DNA from: a virus
Lineage: Duplodnaviria > Caudoviricetes
Reading direction: 5' to 3' (one strand)
Virus record (IMG/VR): IMGVR_UViG_3300039918_000045
Span: 1 to 37,506 of that record
DNA length: 37,506 bases
Shown here: in pieces, positions 1 through 7,554 of the stretch
Position numbering within the stretch: position 1 is the first letter of the stretch
How the letters are laid out: each line of letters begins with the position of its first letter
Translations under genes and position numbers: made by a program
Notes under the pieces: generated by a model
What the model saw: only the letters and a program-made list of their open reading frames with translations
The model's database searches: none
Told to the model about the DNA's origin: nothing

Positions 1-3
1 GTC

Positions 4-474
4 CTAGAACGGGATACGGTCGTCCATGTCCTCGAACCCATCGGACGGGGGAGGGGCCTGACGCTGGCCGCGGTTGCCTTGCGGCCGATCAGAGCCACCG
101 TTGCGAGACGCCGCGCCGCGGTTGCCGTCGCTGTCGCCGCCGCGGCCGCCGAGCATCTGCATCTGGTCCGCGACGATTTCGGTGCTGTACTTGTCCTGGC
201 CGGACTGGTCCTGCCATTTTCGGGTGCGGATCCGCCCCTCGATGTAGACCGACGAGCCTTTGGACAGATACTGGCCCGCAATCTCAGCCAGCTTCCCGAA
301 GAAATTCACGCGGTGCCACTCGGTGGACTCCTTAAACTCGCCGGACTGCTTGTCCTTGTAGCGGTCAGTGGTCGCCAGTCGGATGTTTGTGACCGCGTCG
401 CCGTTCGGCATATAGCGGGTCTCCGGGTCGGCGCCGAGGTTGCCGACGAGAATTACCTTGTTGACGGATGCCAT
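4..474 (-). CDS. ssb: Single-stranded DNA-binding protein
   Basis: Canonical SSB N-terminus ([18 protein letters not shown]...TEWHRV...[12 protein letters not shown]) and acidic C-terminal tail DDRIPF. Confidence 0.98.
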   Translation of the reverse strand: MASVNKVILVGNLGADPETRYMPNGDAVTNIRLATTDRYKDKQSGEFKESTEWHRVNFFGKLAEIAGQYLSKGSSVYIEGRIRTRKWQDQSGQDKYSTEIVADQMQMLGGRGGDSDGNRGAASRNGGSDRPQGNRGQRQAPPPSDGFEDMDDRIPF

Positions 475-477
475 GCC

Positions 478-1197
478 TTATCCCTGCTGTTGCTGCTGCT
501 GGTTTAGTTGGGCGCGCCGCTTCTTGAACGGCACTGCCAGCCTCTTTTGATCGGCCTCGGACACGCCGACCGACGCTTCCGCCCACAGCTGCTCCAGCGC
601 CTCGTGCGTTGCGCACTTCTCGGCCTTCCTGGCGGTCTCGTTGATGTGTTTGCCGAGCGCCTGGCCGGTCAGCATGCCGTCGGCATTGCCGCCGCTGGGT
701 TGCTGCCCCTCGCCGTGCCCGAACTTGGCGCGCATGTCGTTGACGTACTTGCTGTCGTCGTACAGACCCATGTGCACGTCGGCCGAGAAGCCCAGCCAGG
801 ACAGCGCCTTGCCGATTGCGTCGGTCAGGGATTTCTTCGGCGCTTCCTCGTCGGTGTAGGTGCCCTTGCTGTTCCGACCGACGAATGTGGTCTGGCCGAA
901 AGCTGGCACAGTGCCGCCCGGATAGCGAAGTTTGATCTGCACGCAATGCACCGACTCGTGCCCGACAACCTGGCTATTCACGACGATCGGCGCGCCGAGC
1001 AGAATCTGCTCGCTGACGATCTCCGGGCCCCATGCGCTGCCCATCGGACCCCACAGCTCGGTCGCCTTTTTGATGAGGTACAGCGGATTGATCGCCGTCC
1101 CCTTGAACCCGCCAGAGCGGGCGAATTCCTTCGTGTGGGCTGGGTCTGTCGCAAACACCGAATCCCACAGCTTCATTGTTTCAGCGGCCTGCTCCAT
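478..1197 (-). CDS. Sak/Rad52-like single-strand annealing recombinase (putative)
   Basis: Motifs GTAINPLY..KATELWGPMG..WG and EAPKKSLTDAIGKALS resemble the Rad52/Sak core, and the gene is adjacent to ssb. Start moved to ATG 1197 because GAGGAG precedes it. Confidence 0.7.
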   Translation of the reverse strand: MEQAAETMKLWDSVFATDPAHTKEFARSGGFKGTAINPLYLIKKATELWGPMGSAWGPEIVSEQILLGAPIVVNSQVVGHESVHCVQIKLRYPGGTVPAFGQTTFVGRNSKGTYTDEEAPKKSLTDAIGKALSWLGFSADVHMGLYDDSKYVNDMRAKFGHGEGQQPSGGNADGMLTGQALGKHINETARKAEKCATHEALEQLWAEASVGVSEADQKRLAVPFKKRRAQLNQQQQQQG

Positions 1198-1252
1198 CGC
1201 ACTCCTCGTATTCCTGTTGGCGCCCAACTTCCTCGAACCACTGTTGATCCAT
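1181..1252 (-). CDS. 23-aa small protein MDQQWFEEVGRQQEYEECDGAGR
   Basis: ATG preceded by AAGAGGA. First ORF after the leftward promoter, overlapping the recombinase start. Below the ORF-track cutoff. Confidence 0.5.
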   Translation of the reverse strand: MDQQWFEEVGRQQEYEECDGAGR

Positions 1253-1279
1253 GATCCTCTTTTCTATGGCTCGCTAAGT

Positions 1280-1399
1280 AGCCATAAATGCATATGCGGA
1301 AGCAAAATAATCGCCGGGGGATTGCCGCCGGCGCTTTCCGCATATGGTGTGAGGGGAATACTAGAGCATGGATGCACTTTGTGCAAGCCATTTATGCAT
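1280..1399. promoter_or_regulatory. Operator cluster OL (14-bp imperfect palindromes)
   Basis: AGCCATAAATGCAT 1280-1293, GAGCATGGATGCAC 1364-1377, AGCCATTTATGCAT 1386-1399. Confidence 0.75.
1358..1386 (-). promoter_or_regulatory. Leftward early promoter (PL-like)
   Basis: Minus strand TTGCAC (1386-1381), 17 nt, TAGTAT (1363-1358). Overlapped by operator copies at 1364-1377 and 1386-1399. Confidence 0.7.
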
Positions 1400-1771
1400 A
1401 TTTCCGCCTCGACCTTCTGTGAGGTCTTTCGTTGCATGTAATGACGCTGGTAGGCTGGCTGCCATGGCTGGCCAGTGAATCGTATCGACGTAAAGGTACG
1501 TCAGGAACAGGGCAATGCAAGATGCAGTTTTCGCCGCGTCAAGGAACGCGACTAGCCTGGCCGACATCTCCGACATCGCCTGAAGCATGATGGGCACATG
1601 CGACGGCTTGATGTGGGTTGCGCTGTCGATCAGCTCTCCATCTTTGATCGAGAAATGGATCTCGGGGACGGCTTCTTCCGGTGGTTTGTGTTTTTCGCGG
1701 TAGGCCGCAAGGCTGATGACGTTATCCAGCTTTGCGTCGCTTGACCCCTCGCGAGATTGGTGTTTTTCCAT
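1361..1771 (-). CDS. Hypothetical protein downstream of the repressor
   Basis: 136-aa ORF overlapping the repressor 3' end by 50 nt. Contains NVISLAAYR, a phrase common in small phage proteins, and a hydrophobic stretch CIALFLTYLYV. Confidence 0.55.
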   Translation of the reverse strand: MEKHQSREGSSDAKLDNVISLAAYREKHKPPEEAVPEIHFSIKDGELIDSATHIKPSHVPIMLQAMSEMSARLVAFLDAAKTASCIALFLTYLYVDTIHWPAMAASLPASLHATKDLTEGRGGNMHKWLAQSASML

Positions 1772-2204
1772 TGCTGTTGAATGTCGGGCTCTCCGGTCCT
1801 TCCGCTTTCTTTAAGCTTGTTGCGACAGGCGTCCGGTTCGCGTGATTGAACTCTCGCTGCTCTCTCGCTGAGACAGCGTCGTATTCTCGAATGATGTGTT
1901 CTATGTAGCTTTCAACGCGAGACTTTTCCTCCTTTGGAAGCTTCGAATACTTTGCTCTGTCGTATGCAATCTCTGCCGCAGAGTTATATGCAGTGTTGAT
2001 CATCTCGCCTGTGGTTTTGCCAAAGGCGTTTGCAATGTTCTCCACGTTGTCCAACGTTGGCGAGACATCGCCTCGCAGAATCCGACCGACGGTGGTTTGG
2101 GCCACTCCAGATGCTTGGGCCACCTTTACCTGCGTGTCGAGGTCTGGCCGCACGGCCATGAGCCTCACTAAGTTCGCAGAAAAAACCTTCCCTGCTTTGT
2201 TCAT
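1722..2204 (-). CDS. XRE-family HTH repressor (CI-like) without S24 peptidase domain
   Basis: HTH TQVKVAQASGVAQTTVGRILRGDVSPTLDNVENIANAFG, RBS GGGAGAGG, divergent from a Cro-like gene. Confidence 0.88.
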   Translation of the reverse strand: MNKAGKVFSANLVRLMAVRPDLDTQVKVAQASGVAQTTVGRILRGDVSPTLDNVENIANAFGKTTGEMINTAYNSAAEIAYDRAKYSKLPKEEKSRVESYIEHIIREYDAVSAREQREFNHANRTPVATSLKKAEGPESPTFNSNGKTPISRGVKRRKAG

Positions 2205-2238
2205 AGAAGTCCTCTCCCAAGGATGTCAAAAGTCCAAT

Positions 2239-2274
2239 ATGCGTTGACGCACTACTTACAATGCATATGTGCCT
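2239..2274. promoter_or_regulatory. Operator pair in the repressor/cro intergenic switch
   Basis: ATGCGTTGACGCAC 2239-2252 (contains TTGACG) and ATGCATATGTGCCT 2261-2274, 22 bp apart. Confidence 0.7.
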
Positions 2275-2311
2275 AGTTTAGATGGCTTCTGTAAAAAAGG
2301 AAAGAGCGATT

Positions 2312-2557
2312 GTGACTGAGAATCAACTAGAGTTTGTTCGGGCCAAGTTGAATGAGATGCGCACCACAGAGTGGAAGGCGCTGTCGAAGGCTACCGGGGT
2401 GCCGTACGGGACGATTTACAACATTGCCTATGTAAACCGATCGAAGGACCCGGGGTACGGCAATGTATACGCGCTGTATACGCACTTAAAAGCGAAGCGT
2501 AAGCCCTATCAGCAGCGCCCCCGTACCGTGGAAACCACGGAAACCGCCGTCGCATAG
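2312..2557 (+). CDS. Cro-like HTH regulator
   Basis: HTH WKALSKATGVPYGTIYNIAY...DPGYGNVYALY. GTG 2312 follows AAGGAAAG; alternative start ATG 2282. Confidence 0.8.
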   Translation: MTENQLEFVRAKLNEMRTTEWKALSKATGVPYGTIYNIAYVNRSKDPGYGNVYALYTHLKAKRKPYQQRPRTVETTETAVA

Positions 2558-2565
2558 CCAGCGAT

Positions 2566-2606
2566 ATGCATAAACGGTTTACGGAATAGGCATATAAGCG
2601 TAAACT
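2566..2606 (+). promoter_or_regulatory. Operator-overlapped promoter for the replication operon
   Basis: TTTACG 2578-2583, 17 nt, TAAACT 2601-2606. Operators ATGCATAAACGGTT 2566-2579 and AGGCATATAAGCGT 2588-2601. Confidence 0.7.
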
Positions 2607-2688
2607 GTGTCCGTGGCCTCACTCCCAAATGGTCCACAGTCCAAGCCCGGGCGCCTTTGCAGGGTGCTCGGATAACGCTTACACAAAT

Positions 2689-2770
2689 GCGCTCGCGGAG
2701 GGGCTGCGTCACCGGCAACGGCCGCACCCCGAATTTGTGCGGGGCTGCAAAGCTCCCTCTCCGCGAGCGC
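2689..2770 (+). ncRNA. C4-like antisense RNA cloverleaf upstream of the replication gene
   Basis: 12-bp closing stem 2689-2700/2759-2770, GCAA-capped hairpin, and hairpin with loop AATTTGTG. Single-stranded CTGCAAAG. These are complementary to upstream CACAAAT (2682-2688) and CTTTGCAG (2655-2662). Confidence 0.7.
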
Positions 2771-2784
2771 GGAGGGTCAATGTA

Positions 2785-3498
2785 GTGGCAATTCTCCGTG
2801 CACCGCGTCCGCGGTCGAACTTCTACGTCTTAGACAAGCAGATCAGTGAGGACTCGCGCCTATCGTGGGGTGCTCGCGGCATGCTCGTCTTCCTGCTTGG
2901 CAAGCCTGACCACTGGCAGGTCAGCGTCCAAGCGCTCATCAACGAAACTGAGGGGCCGCGATCGAGTGGGCGGGACGCCGTCTACGCGATGATCAACGAG
3001 CTATTGGCGGCCGGCTACATGCGCCGGGCAAAGCTGTCCTCGGGGTCAGTTGAGTACGTCGTCTGCGAGACCCCTAATACGGATGATCCGGATGTGGGCC
3101 CGGAGCCTCATCCGGAAAACCCAGATCCGGGAAACCCAGATCCGGAAAATCCGACAGTAGTAAGTACTGATCTCAAAGCAAATACTGAGACTAAAGCAAA
3201 GACTGAGCGCCGCGCGTCGCGGCTGCCGGACGACTGGCAACCCGACGAGGAAATGATCGCGTGGGCATTGGGGGAGCAACCGACCTGGAACCCCGCCCAT
3301 GCGCGCAAGGTTGGCGAGATCTTCCGCGACTACTGGATCGCGCAACCGGGCGCCAAGGGCCGCAAGACGAATTGGCTCGCCACATGGAAGAACTGGGTTC
3401 GCCGCGAGAAGCCCCTACGCGCCGCCTCCTCGACCGAACTGTCCGCCGCTGGCCAGCGCACCATGCAGGCCGCCGAGGAATGGCTGCGGGAGGGCTGA
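2785..3498 (+). CDS. Replication initiator (O-like, N-terminal winged HTH)
   Basis: N-terminus AILRAPRPRSNFYVLDKQISEDSRLSWGARGMLVFLL, internal iterons, C-terminal FRDYW...NWLATWKNWVRR. GTG 2785 follows GGAGG. Confidence 0.85.
   Translation: MAILRAPRPRSNFYVLDKQISEDSRLSWGARGMLVFLLGKPDHWQVSVQALINETEGPRSSGRDAVYAMINELLAAGYMRRAKLSSGSVEYVVCETPNTDDPDVGPEPHPENPDPGNPDPENPTVVSTDLKANTETKAKTERRASRLPDDWQPDEEMIAWALGEQPTWNPAHARKVGEIFRDYWIAQPGAKGRKTNWLATWKNWVRREKPLRAASSTELSAAGQRTMQAAEEWLREG
3075..3207. repeat. Replication origin: iterons plus AT-rich repeats inside the initiator gene
   Basis: Three tandem 15-mers ATCCGG(A/G)AAA(C/T)CC.. at 3110, 3125 and 3140. Then 18-mers TACTGATCTCAAAGCAAA 3165-3182 and TACTGAGACTAAAGCAAA 3183-3200. 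Matches the lambda-type ori layout. Confidence 0.8.
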
Positions 3499-3501
3499 TC
3501 C

Positions 3502-4248
3502 GTGACCGAGGACGACAAGCAACGTTTCGCGTCCTGCGCCATGGCCTGTGCCGAGACCTATGGCCGCGACTTCAGCAAGGCGCAACTCCGCCTGTACTTC
3601 GGCGCGCTGCAGGCCCTACCGATCGAGGCGGTCGAGTTGGCCGTCCAGCGCCACATGGCGGACCCCGAAGCGGGGAAGTACTTCCCGAAGCCCGCCGACC
3701 TGCTGGCCCAGGCGCAGGGATTCCGCGGCGGCGACAACCGGCCGGGCGCAGACGAGGCATGGGCGCTGGCGCTGCGGTGCCGCGATGAATCCGACACTGT
3801 GGTCTGGACGGCAGAGATCGCCCAGGCGTTCGCCATCTGCCGCGCCGTGCTTGACGCGGGCGACAAGATCGGCGCGCGCCAGGCGTTCAAGGGCGCATAC
3901 GAGCGCATCGTGCATACCGCCCGCGAGGCGCGGCGGCCGGTCGCGTGGACCGTGTCGCTGGGCTGGGACGTTCAGCGGCGCGACGCAGAGCTCGCGCGCG
4001 CCCAGGCGGCCGGCCTGCTGACCGACGACGTCGTCGAGGCGCTGCTGCTGCCGGCGCCGAAGGAAACAGATCCCACGCCGCCAGACAAGGCGCGGGAGAA
4101 TCTGACCCGCCTGCGTGCCGAGCTGGCGAAGCTGGAATCGCCCAGCGCCAAGGCGGAAAGGATTCGCGTGCAGCGGCTGGAGGCTGACCGCGAAGCGACC
4201 GAGCAGAGGAAGCGCGACATTGCCGCGCAAGTTTCCGCTCGCCTTTGA
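3502..4248 (+). CDS. Helicase loader/inhibitor-like replication protein (P-position, DUF6475-like)
   Basis: Directly follows the initiator. Motif YFGALQ..PIEAVELAVQRHM...FPKPADLL, then ADEAWA. Confidence 0.65.
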   Translation: MTEDDKQRFASCAMACAETYGRDFSKAQLRLYFGALQALPIEAVELAVQRHMADPEAGKYFPKPADLLAQAQGFRGGDNRPGADEAWALALRCRDESDTVVWTAEIAQAFAICRAVLDAGDKIGARQAFKGAYERIVHTAREARRPVAWTVSLGWDVQRRDAELARAQAAGLLTDDVVEALLLPAPKETDPTPPDKARENLTRLRAELAKLESPSAKAERIRVQRLEADREATEQRKRDIAAQVSARL

Positions 4249-4250
4249 AT

Positions 4251-4264
4251 ATGCATAAATGGCT
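4251..4264. promoter_or_regulatory. Operator
   Basis: ATGCATAAATGGCT, a perfect consensus copy in an intergenic gap. Confidence 0.75.
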
Positions 4265-4277
4265 TACGAGGATCCCA

Positions 4278-4601
4278 ATGAACGCTACAGGTGCAGAACT
4301 GCGGGACGCCGGCATTGAGCGTGCGACCGACAACGCAGAGGCGGCCGCGCCCGGCTGGGCCGACCAGGCGCTCGACTACGTGAAGTGGTTCGCCAAGCAT
4401 GGCGGCCGTTTCAAGGCTGAGCATGTCCGCGATTACGCGATGAAGCAGGGCTTGCCGAACCCGCCGCACGCGCGGGCTTGGGGCGGGGTGATCCGCCGCG
4501 CCGCTGCGCTGGGTCTGATCGAGCGCGTGGGATTCGCGTCGTGCACGAACCCGGCGGCGCACTGCGCGCCCGTCGGGGTGTGGCAGGGGGTGTCCCAGTG
4601 A
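4278..4601 (+). CDS. Hypothetical phage protein
   Basis: RBS GAGGA then ATG. Contains PPHARAWGGVIRRAA, typical of a common phage family. Confidence 0.75.
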   Translation: MNATGAELRDAGIERATDNAEAAAPGWADQALDYVKWFAKHGGRFKAEHVRDYAMKQGLPNPPHARAWGGVIRRAAALGLIERVGFASCTNPAAHCAPVGVWQGVSQ

Positions 4602-5029
4602 AGACCGCCGAACTGTCCGGCGTCCAGCTCGACTACTGGGTGGCGCACATCGACAAACGGTGCGGCGGCCTGCGCTTCGAGTGGCGCGGCGAGCATTGGG
4701 TCGGGCTGGGCGACTTCGACGGCAAGACCGAGGTTGTCATCGCTGGCGCGAAGCCCGGCTTTCGCGCCTTCCTGGCGATACGCAAGCAGTACGGTCTCTC
4801 GGAGCGGGACATCTACCAGCCGTCGCGCGACTGGGCGCATGGCGGCCCGATCATTGAGCGGGAAGGAATCCAGCTATGGCCGGACACCGCAGACGACCAG
4901 AAGGACGCGGTGCCCGGTGTTTGGTTCGCCGCGGCCTGGCAGAAAGCAGAGCACCAGGGCGCGACGCCGCTGGAGGCAGCCATGCGCGCGTATGTCGCAA
5001 GCAAATTCGGAGAGGAGGTGACACCATGA
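4598..5029 (+). CDS. NinX family (DUF2591) protein
   Basis: LSGVQLDYWVA, YQPSRDWAHGGPIIEREGI and TPLEAAMRAYVASKFGEEV motifs. GTGA overlap with the upstream gene. Confidence 0.85.
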   Translation: MKTAELSGVQLDYWVAHIDKRCGGLRFEWRGEHWVGLGDFDGKTEVVIAGAKPGFRAFLAIRKQYGLSERDIYQPSRDWAHGGPIIEREGIQLWPDTADDQKDAVPGVWFAAAWQKAEHQGATPLEAAMRAYVASKFGEEVTP

Positions 5030-5226
5030 TTGCACTGGACGAAGCAGGCATGCCGATGCTGGCCGTTCCGACGGGTGGGTCGTTCGACCTGCCGCGCTGG
5101 CAAAGCTGCGCGAACCCCGAGCACGAGCCGCCCGGCCTGCTGCATATCCCGGCAGGGAAGGGGTACCGGCACGTGTGCCCAGGCTGCGGCGCCGTGCGCA
5201 TCATCACGAGCCCCGCCACGCTCTGA
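5026..5226 (+). CDS. Small zinc-binding protein
   Basis: ATGA coupling. C..PEHEPP...HVCPGCG motif. Confidence 0.7.
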   Translation: MIALDEAGMPMLAVPTGGSFDLPRWQSCANPEHEPPGLLHIPAGKGYRHVCPGCGAVRIITSPATL

Positions 5227-5253
5227 CCTGCGCAAATGCTTGGCTTCAGAAAT

Positions 5254-5308
5254 ATGCATAAATGCCTTGACACGAAGCCGCGCGCCACTACAATAGCCAT
5301 AAATGCAT
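5254..5308 (+). promoter_or_regulatory. Strong sigma70 promoter flanked by two operators
   Basis: TTGACA 5267-5272, 16 nt, TACAAT 5289-5294. Operators ATGCATAAATGCCT 5254-5267 and AGCCATAAATGCAT 5295-5308. Confidence 0.85.
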
Positions 5309-5325
5309 ACGACATGGAGCCAAGC

Positions 5326-5550
5326 ATGAAGACCCTGATTCAGAACCTGGCCCGCGCCATCGCTAACACCGTGCGCGAAACCCTGAAACCGTACCGCGTG
5401 GTCGTGCGCGGCAACGCCTTCGACGGCCACACGCACCGCGCGTGGTCGTTCGATGACGCGCTGACCTGGGCGAAGTGCTACCCGCGCAGCCTGGCCCGCG
5501 AGATCACCGTCACCACCCGCTTTGGCCGCTTCGTTGGGCGCGTGCGCTGA
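5326..5550 (+). CDS. Hypothetical protein
   Basis: GGAG then ATG directly after the promoter, 74 aa. Confidence 0.7.
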   Translation: MKTLIQNLARAIANTVRETLKPYRVVVRGNAFDGHTHRAWSFDDALTWAKCYPRSLAREITVTTRFGRFVGRVR

Positions 5551-5551
5551 C

Positions 5552-6025
5552 ATGCCGGGCACCAAGAAGCCGCGCAAGCCGTACCGCCCGCGTGGCATTG
5601 ACGGCGCCGCCCGGGCGATCGTCGGTTTGACGATGGCGAAAGTCCGGGCGTGCGGCATCACTGACACGGAAGCCGCGGCGCTGGAAACGGCAGTGCTGTC
5701 CGGTCTGGAGGAGATGCGCAAGGGCACGGCCACGCCGAACGAGTGGAACAGCGTCGCGCGTGGCATCAACCATGCGTGGACGCTGGCAAAGATGGGCGTC
5801 GGCGAGGAAGCGCTGCCGACCATCACCGAGGCCGAGGCCGGCATGAAGCGCGCCGAGGCCCGATACAAGGCGACGGGGCGCCTGGTGCTGGATGGCAACG
5901 GACTGAGTGCCGTGCGTCTAGCTCTGGAGCTGTGGGGTCAGCAGCTCCGCATGTGCACCGTCGGGGAAGTGGACCGCGCGACCCGGTTGGTCGAGCAGAA
6001 GTACTGGGAGAAACAGGCATCATGA
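5552..6025 (+). CDS. Hypothetical protein
   Basis: Basic N-terminus MPGTKKPRKPYRPR, high GC3 codon usage, coupled to neighbouring genes. Confidence 0.75.
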   Translation: MPGTKKPRKPYRPRGIDGAARAIVGLTMAKVRACGITDTEAAALETAVLSGLEEMRKGTATPNEWNSVARGINHAWTLAKMGVGEEALPTITEAEAGMKRAEARYKATGRLVLDGNGLSAVRLALELWGQQLRMCTVGEVDRATRLVEQKYWEKQAS

Positions 6026-6420
6026 AAACGATCGAGATCAAGGGCTGGATCTTCGCGCGCCCGACATGGGACGCGGAAGGCGTCAACTTCGAGTTCAGCA
6101 CTCACGACTACACGGAGTGGGCAAAGAACCGTTCTATCGACACCGACGGCGCCTACAAGTCGTATCGCAAGGTGTGCGATCACGTCATTCGTATGGATGT
6201 CCCCGAGTTCGACCCGAAAACGATGATGGTCGAGGCGTTGGAAGCGGAGAAGATCGCACTACGTGCCGAATTCACCCGCCGGGTAACTGAGATCGAAGGT
6301 CAGATCAGCAAGCTGCTCGCTCTACCTTTCGTGCCTACAGCGGAAGTCGAACCTGCGCCCACCCGCGTGGTGGGTGACGTCTCCGACGTCGTTTTTGACG
6401 ACAGCGATCTGCCACTCTGA
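6022..6420 (+). CDS. Hypothetical protein with coiled coil and acidic C-terminal tail
   Basis: ATGA overlap. Ends FDDSDLPL. Confidence 0.75.
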   Translation: MKTIEIKGWIFARPTWDAEGVNFEFSTHDYTEWAKNRSIDTDGAYKSYRKVCDHVIRMDVPEFDPKTMMVEALEAEKIALRAEFTRRVTEIEGQISKLLALPFVPTAEVEPAPTRVVGDVSDVVFDDSDLPL

Positions 6421-6436
6421 CCCCAAGGGACTGACC

Positions 6437-6865
6437 GTGAGCGAAAAGCAAATCTACCGTCTGGTGCACGGCCAGGCCCGCGCCGGCGCGATGGCCGCGA
6501 TCAAGGCGGCGCCCGACGGCTTCATGGTGACGATCCAGCCGCCGACCCGCACGCTCGAGCAGAACGCTCGCATGTGGGCGATGCTGTCCGATGTGTCGAA
6601 GCAGGTCGTGTGGCACGGCCGCAAGCTGTCGCCCGAGGAATGGAAGCACGTCTTCTCCGCGGCGCTGGACAAGCAGGACGTCGTGCCGGGCATCGAGGGC
6701 GGCTTCGTGGTGCTGGGCAAGAGCACGAGCAAAATGTCGATCCGCGAGATGACCGCGCTGCAGGAGCTCATGTCCGCCTTCGGCGCGGAGCGCGGCGTGC
6801 AGTGGAGCGAGCCTGGCCTGCAGGGGTACGAGGATCTGGCGGCCAGCGCGCGGAGGGCCGCGTAA
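6437..6865 (+). CDS. ninB: NinB family recombination protein
   Basis: RTLEQNARMWAMLSDVSKQVVWHGRKLSPEEWKHVF...STSKMSIREM...FGAERGVQWS. Confidence 0.92.
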   Translation: MSEKQIYRLVHGQARAGAMAAIKAAPDGFMVTIQPPTRTLEQNARMWAMLSDVSKQVVWHGRKLSPEEWKHVFSAALDKQDVVPGIEGGFVVLGKSTSKMSIREMTALQELMSAFGAERGVQWSEPGLQGYEDLAASARRAA

Positions 6866-7239
6866 TGCTGGCGCGCCGCACGCCGATGAAACGCACGTCG
6901 GGCCTGAAGCAGGGCGGCCAGATCGCGCGCACCGCCTGGAAGAAGAAGGGCCCGAAGCGCAAGCCCAAGGCGAACCGCGACCACATGGGCGCTGTCGCCG
7001 CGCTGCCTTGCGTGGTCTGCCTGCGGCTTGGGATCACAACCTACGGGGTGCAGGTGCACCACCTGAAGGAAGGGCAGGGCACCGCGCGCGCCAGCGACTT
7101 CGACACCATGCCGTTGTGTGAGCCGCACCATACCGGCGATCTTGGCGTGCATGGCTTGGGCACCAAGGGTTTCCCGAAGCATTACGGTTTCACAGAACGC
7201 GATTTGCTTGCTGACACGCGCCGTTTGCTCGGGCTATAA
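6865..7239 (+). CDS. Ref-like (DUF968-type) HNH nuclease
   Basis: Basic N-terminus and LPCVVC...VHH...PLCEPHH...GVH zinc/HNH pattern. TAATG coupling. Confidence 0.8.
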   Translation: MLARRTPMKRTSGLKQGGQIARTAWKKKGPKRKPKANRDHMGAVAALPCVVCLRLGITTYGVQVHHLKEGQGTARASDFDTMPLCEPHHTGDLGVHGLGTKGFPKHYGFTERDLLADTRRLLGL

Positions 7240-7254
7240 TATGCACAAATGGCT
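7211..7254 (+). promoter_or_regulatory. Promoter with operator
   Basis: CTGACA 7211-7216, 18 nt, TATAAT 7235-7240. Operator ATGCACAAATGGCT 7241-7254 covers the start site. Confidence 0.7.
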
Positions 7255-7270
7255 TAACCGGAGTGCGAAC

Positions 7271-7525
7271 ATGCTTTGCGCGGATCTGGACGATTTCCAG
7301 CCGGGCGAGACGGTCATCACGCCGTCGGGCCGGTTGGCAGAGGTGAAGAAGCTGCTTGCGGGCACGAGCAAAAAGGACTGCTTCAGTCGCCTGACGTGCC
7401 GGTATCTGGACGGCGGCCCGCGCGACTTGGTCACACTGCAGCCGCATCAGGTCCGCAAGGCGCCGATCGTGGAACGAGAGACCGACCCGCGGCAGTTGGA
7501 TTTGTTCGCGGTCAAATATGCGTAA
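7271..7525 (+). CDS. Hypothetical protein with C-terminal QLDLF (clamp-binding-like) motif
   Basis: GGAG then ATG, 84 aa, ends DPRQLDLFAVKYA. Confidence 0.7.
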   Translation: MLCADLDDFQPGETVITPSGRLAEVKKLLAGTSKKDCFSRLTCRYLDGGPRDLVTLQPHQVRKAPIVERETDPRQLDLFAVKYA

Positions 7526-7553
7526 ATGGCTCGCACGATAGCCATAATGATCA
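7518..7553 (+). promoter_or_regulatory. Operator pair with -10 element
   Basis: ATGCGTAAATGGCT 7518-7531 and half-conserved AGCCATAATGATCA 7540-7553, which contains CATAAT 7543-7548. Confidence 0.6.
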
Positions 7554-7554
7554 C

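Noticed and set aside
4245-4277. Recurring peptide NMHKWL in several predicted ORFs (also near 1385, 5252 and 7239)
   Set aside because: It is the translation of the operator ATATGCATAAATGGCT, not a protein motif. True starts with an RBS lie downstream.
7243-7250. GCACAAAT complementary to the b' loop of the second C4-like RNA
   Set aside because: Part of an operator, probably at or upstream of the start site, with no matching a-site nearby. Likely coincidence.
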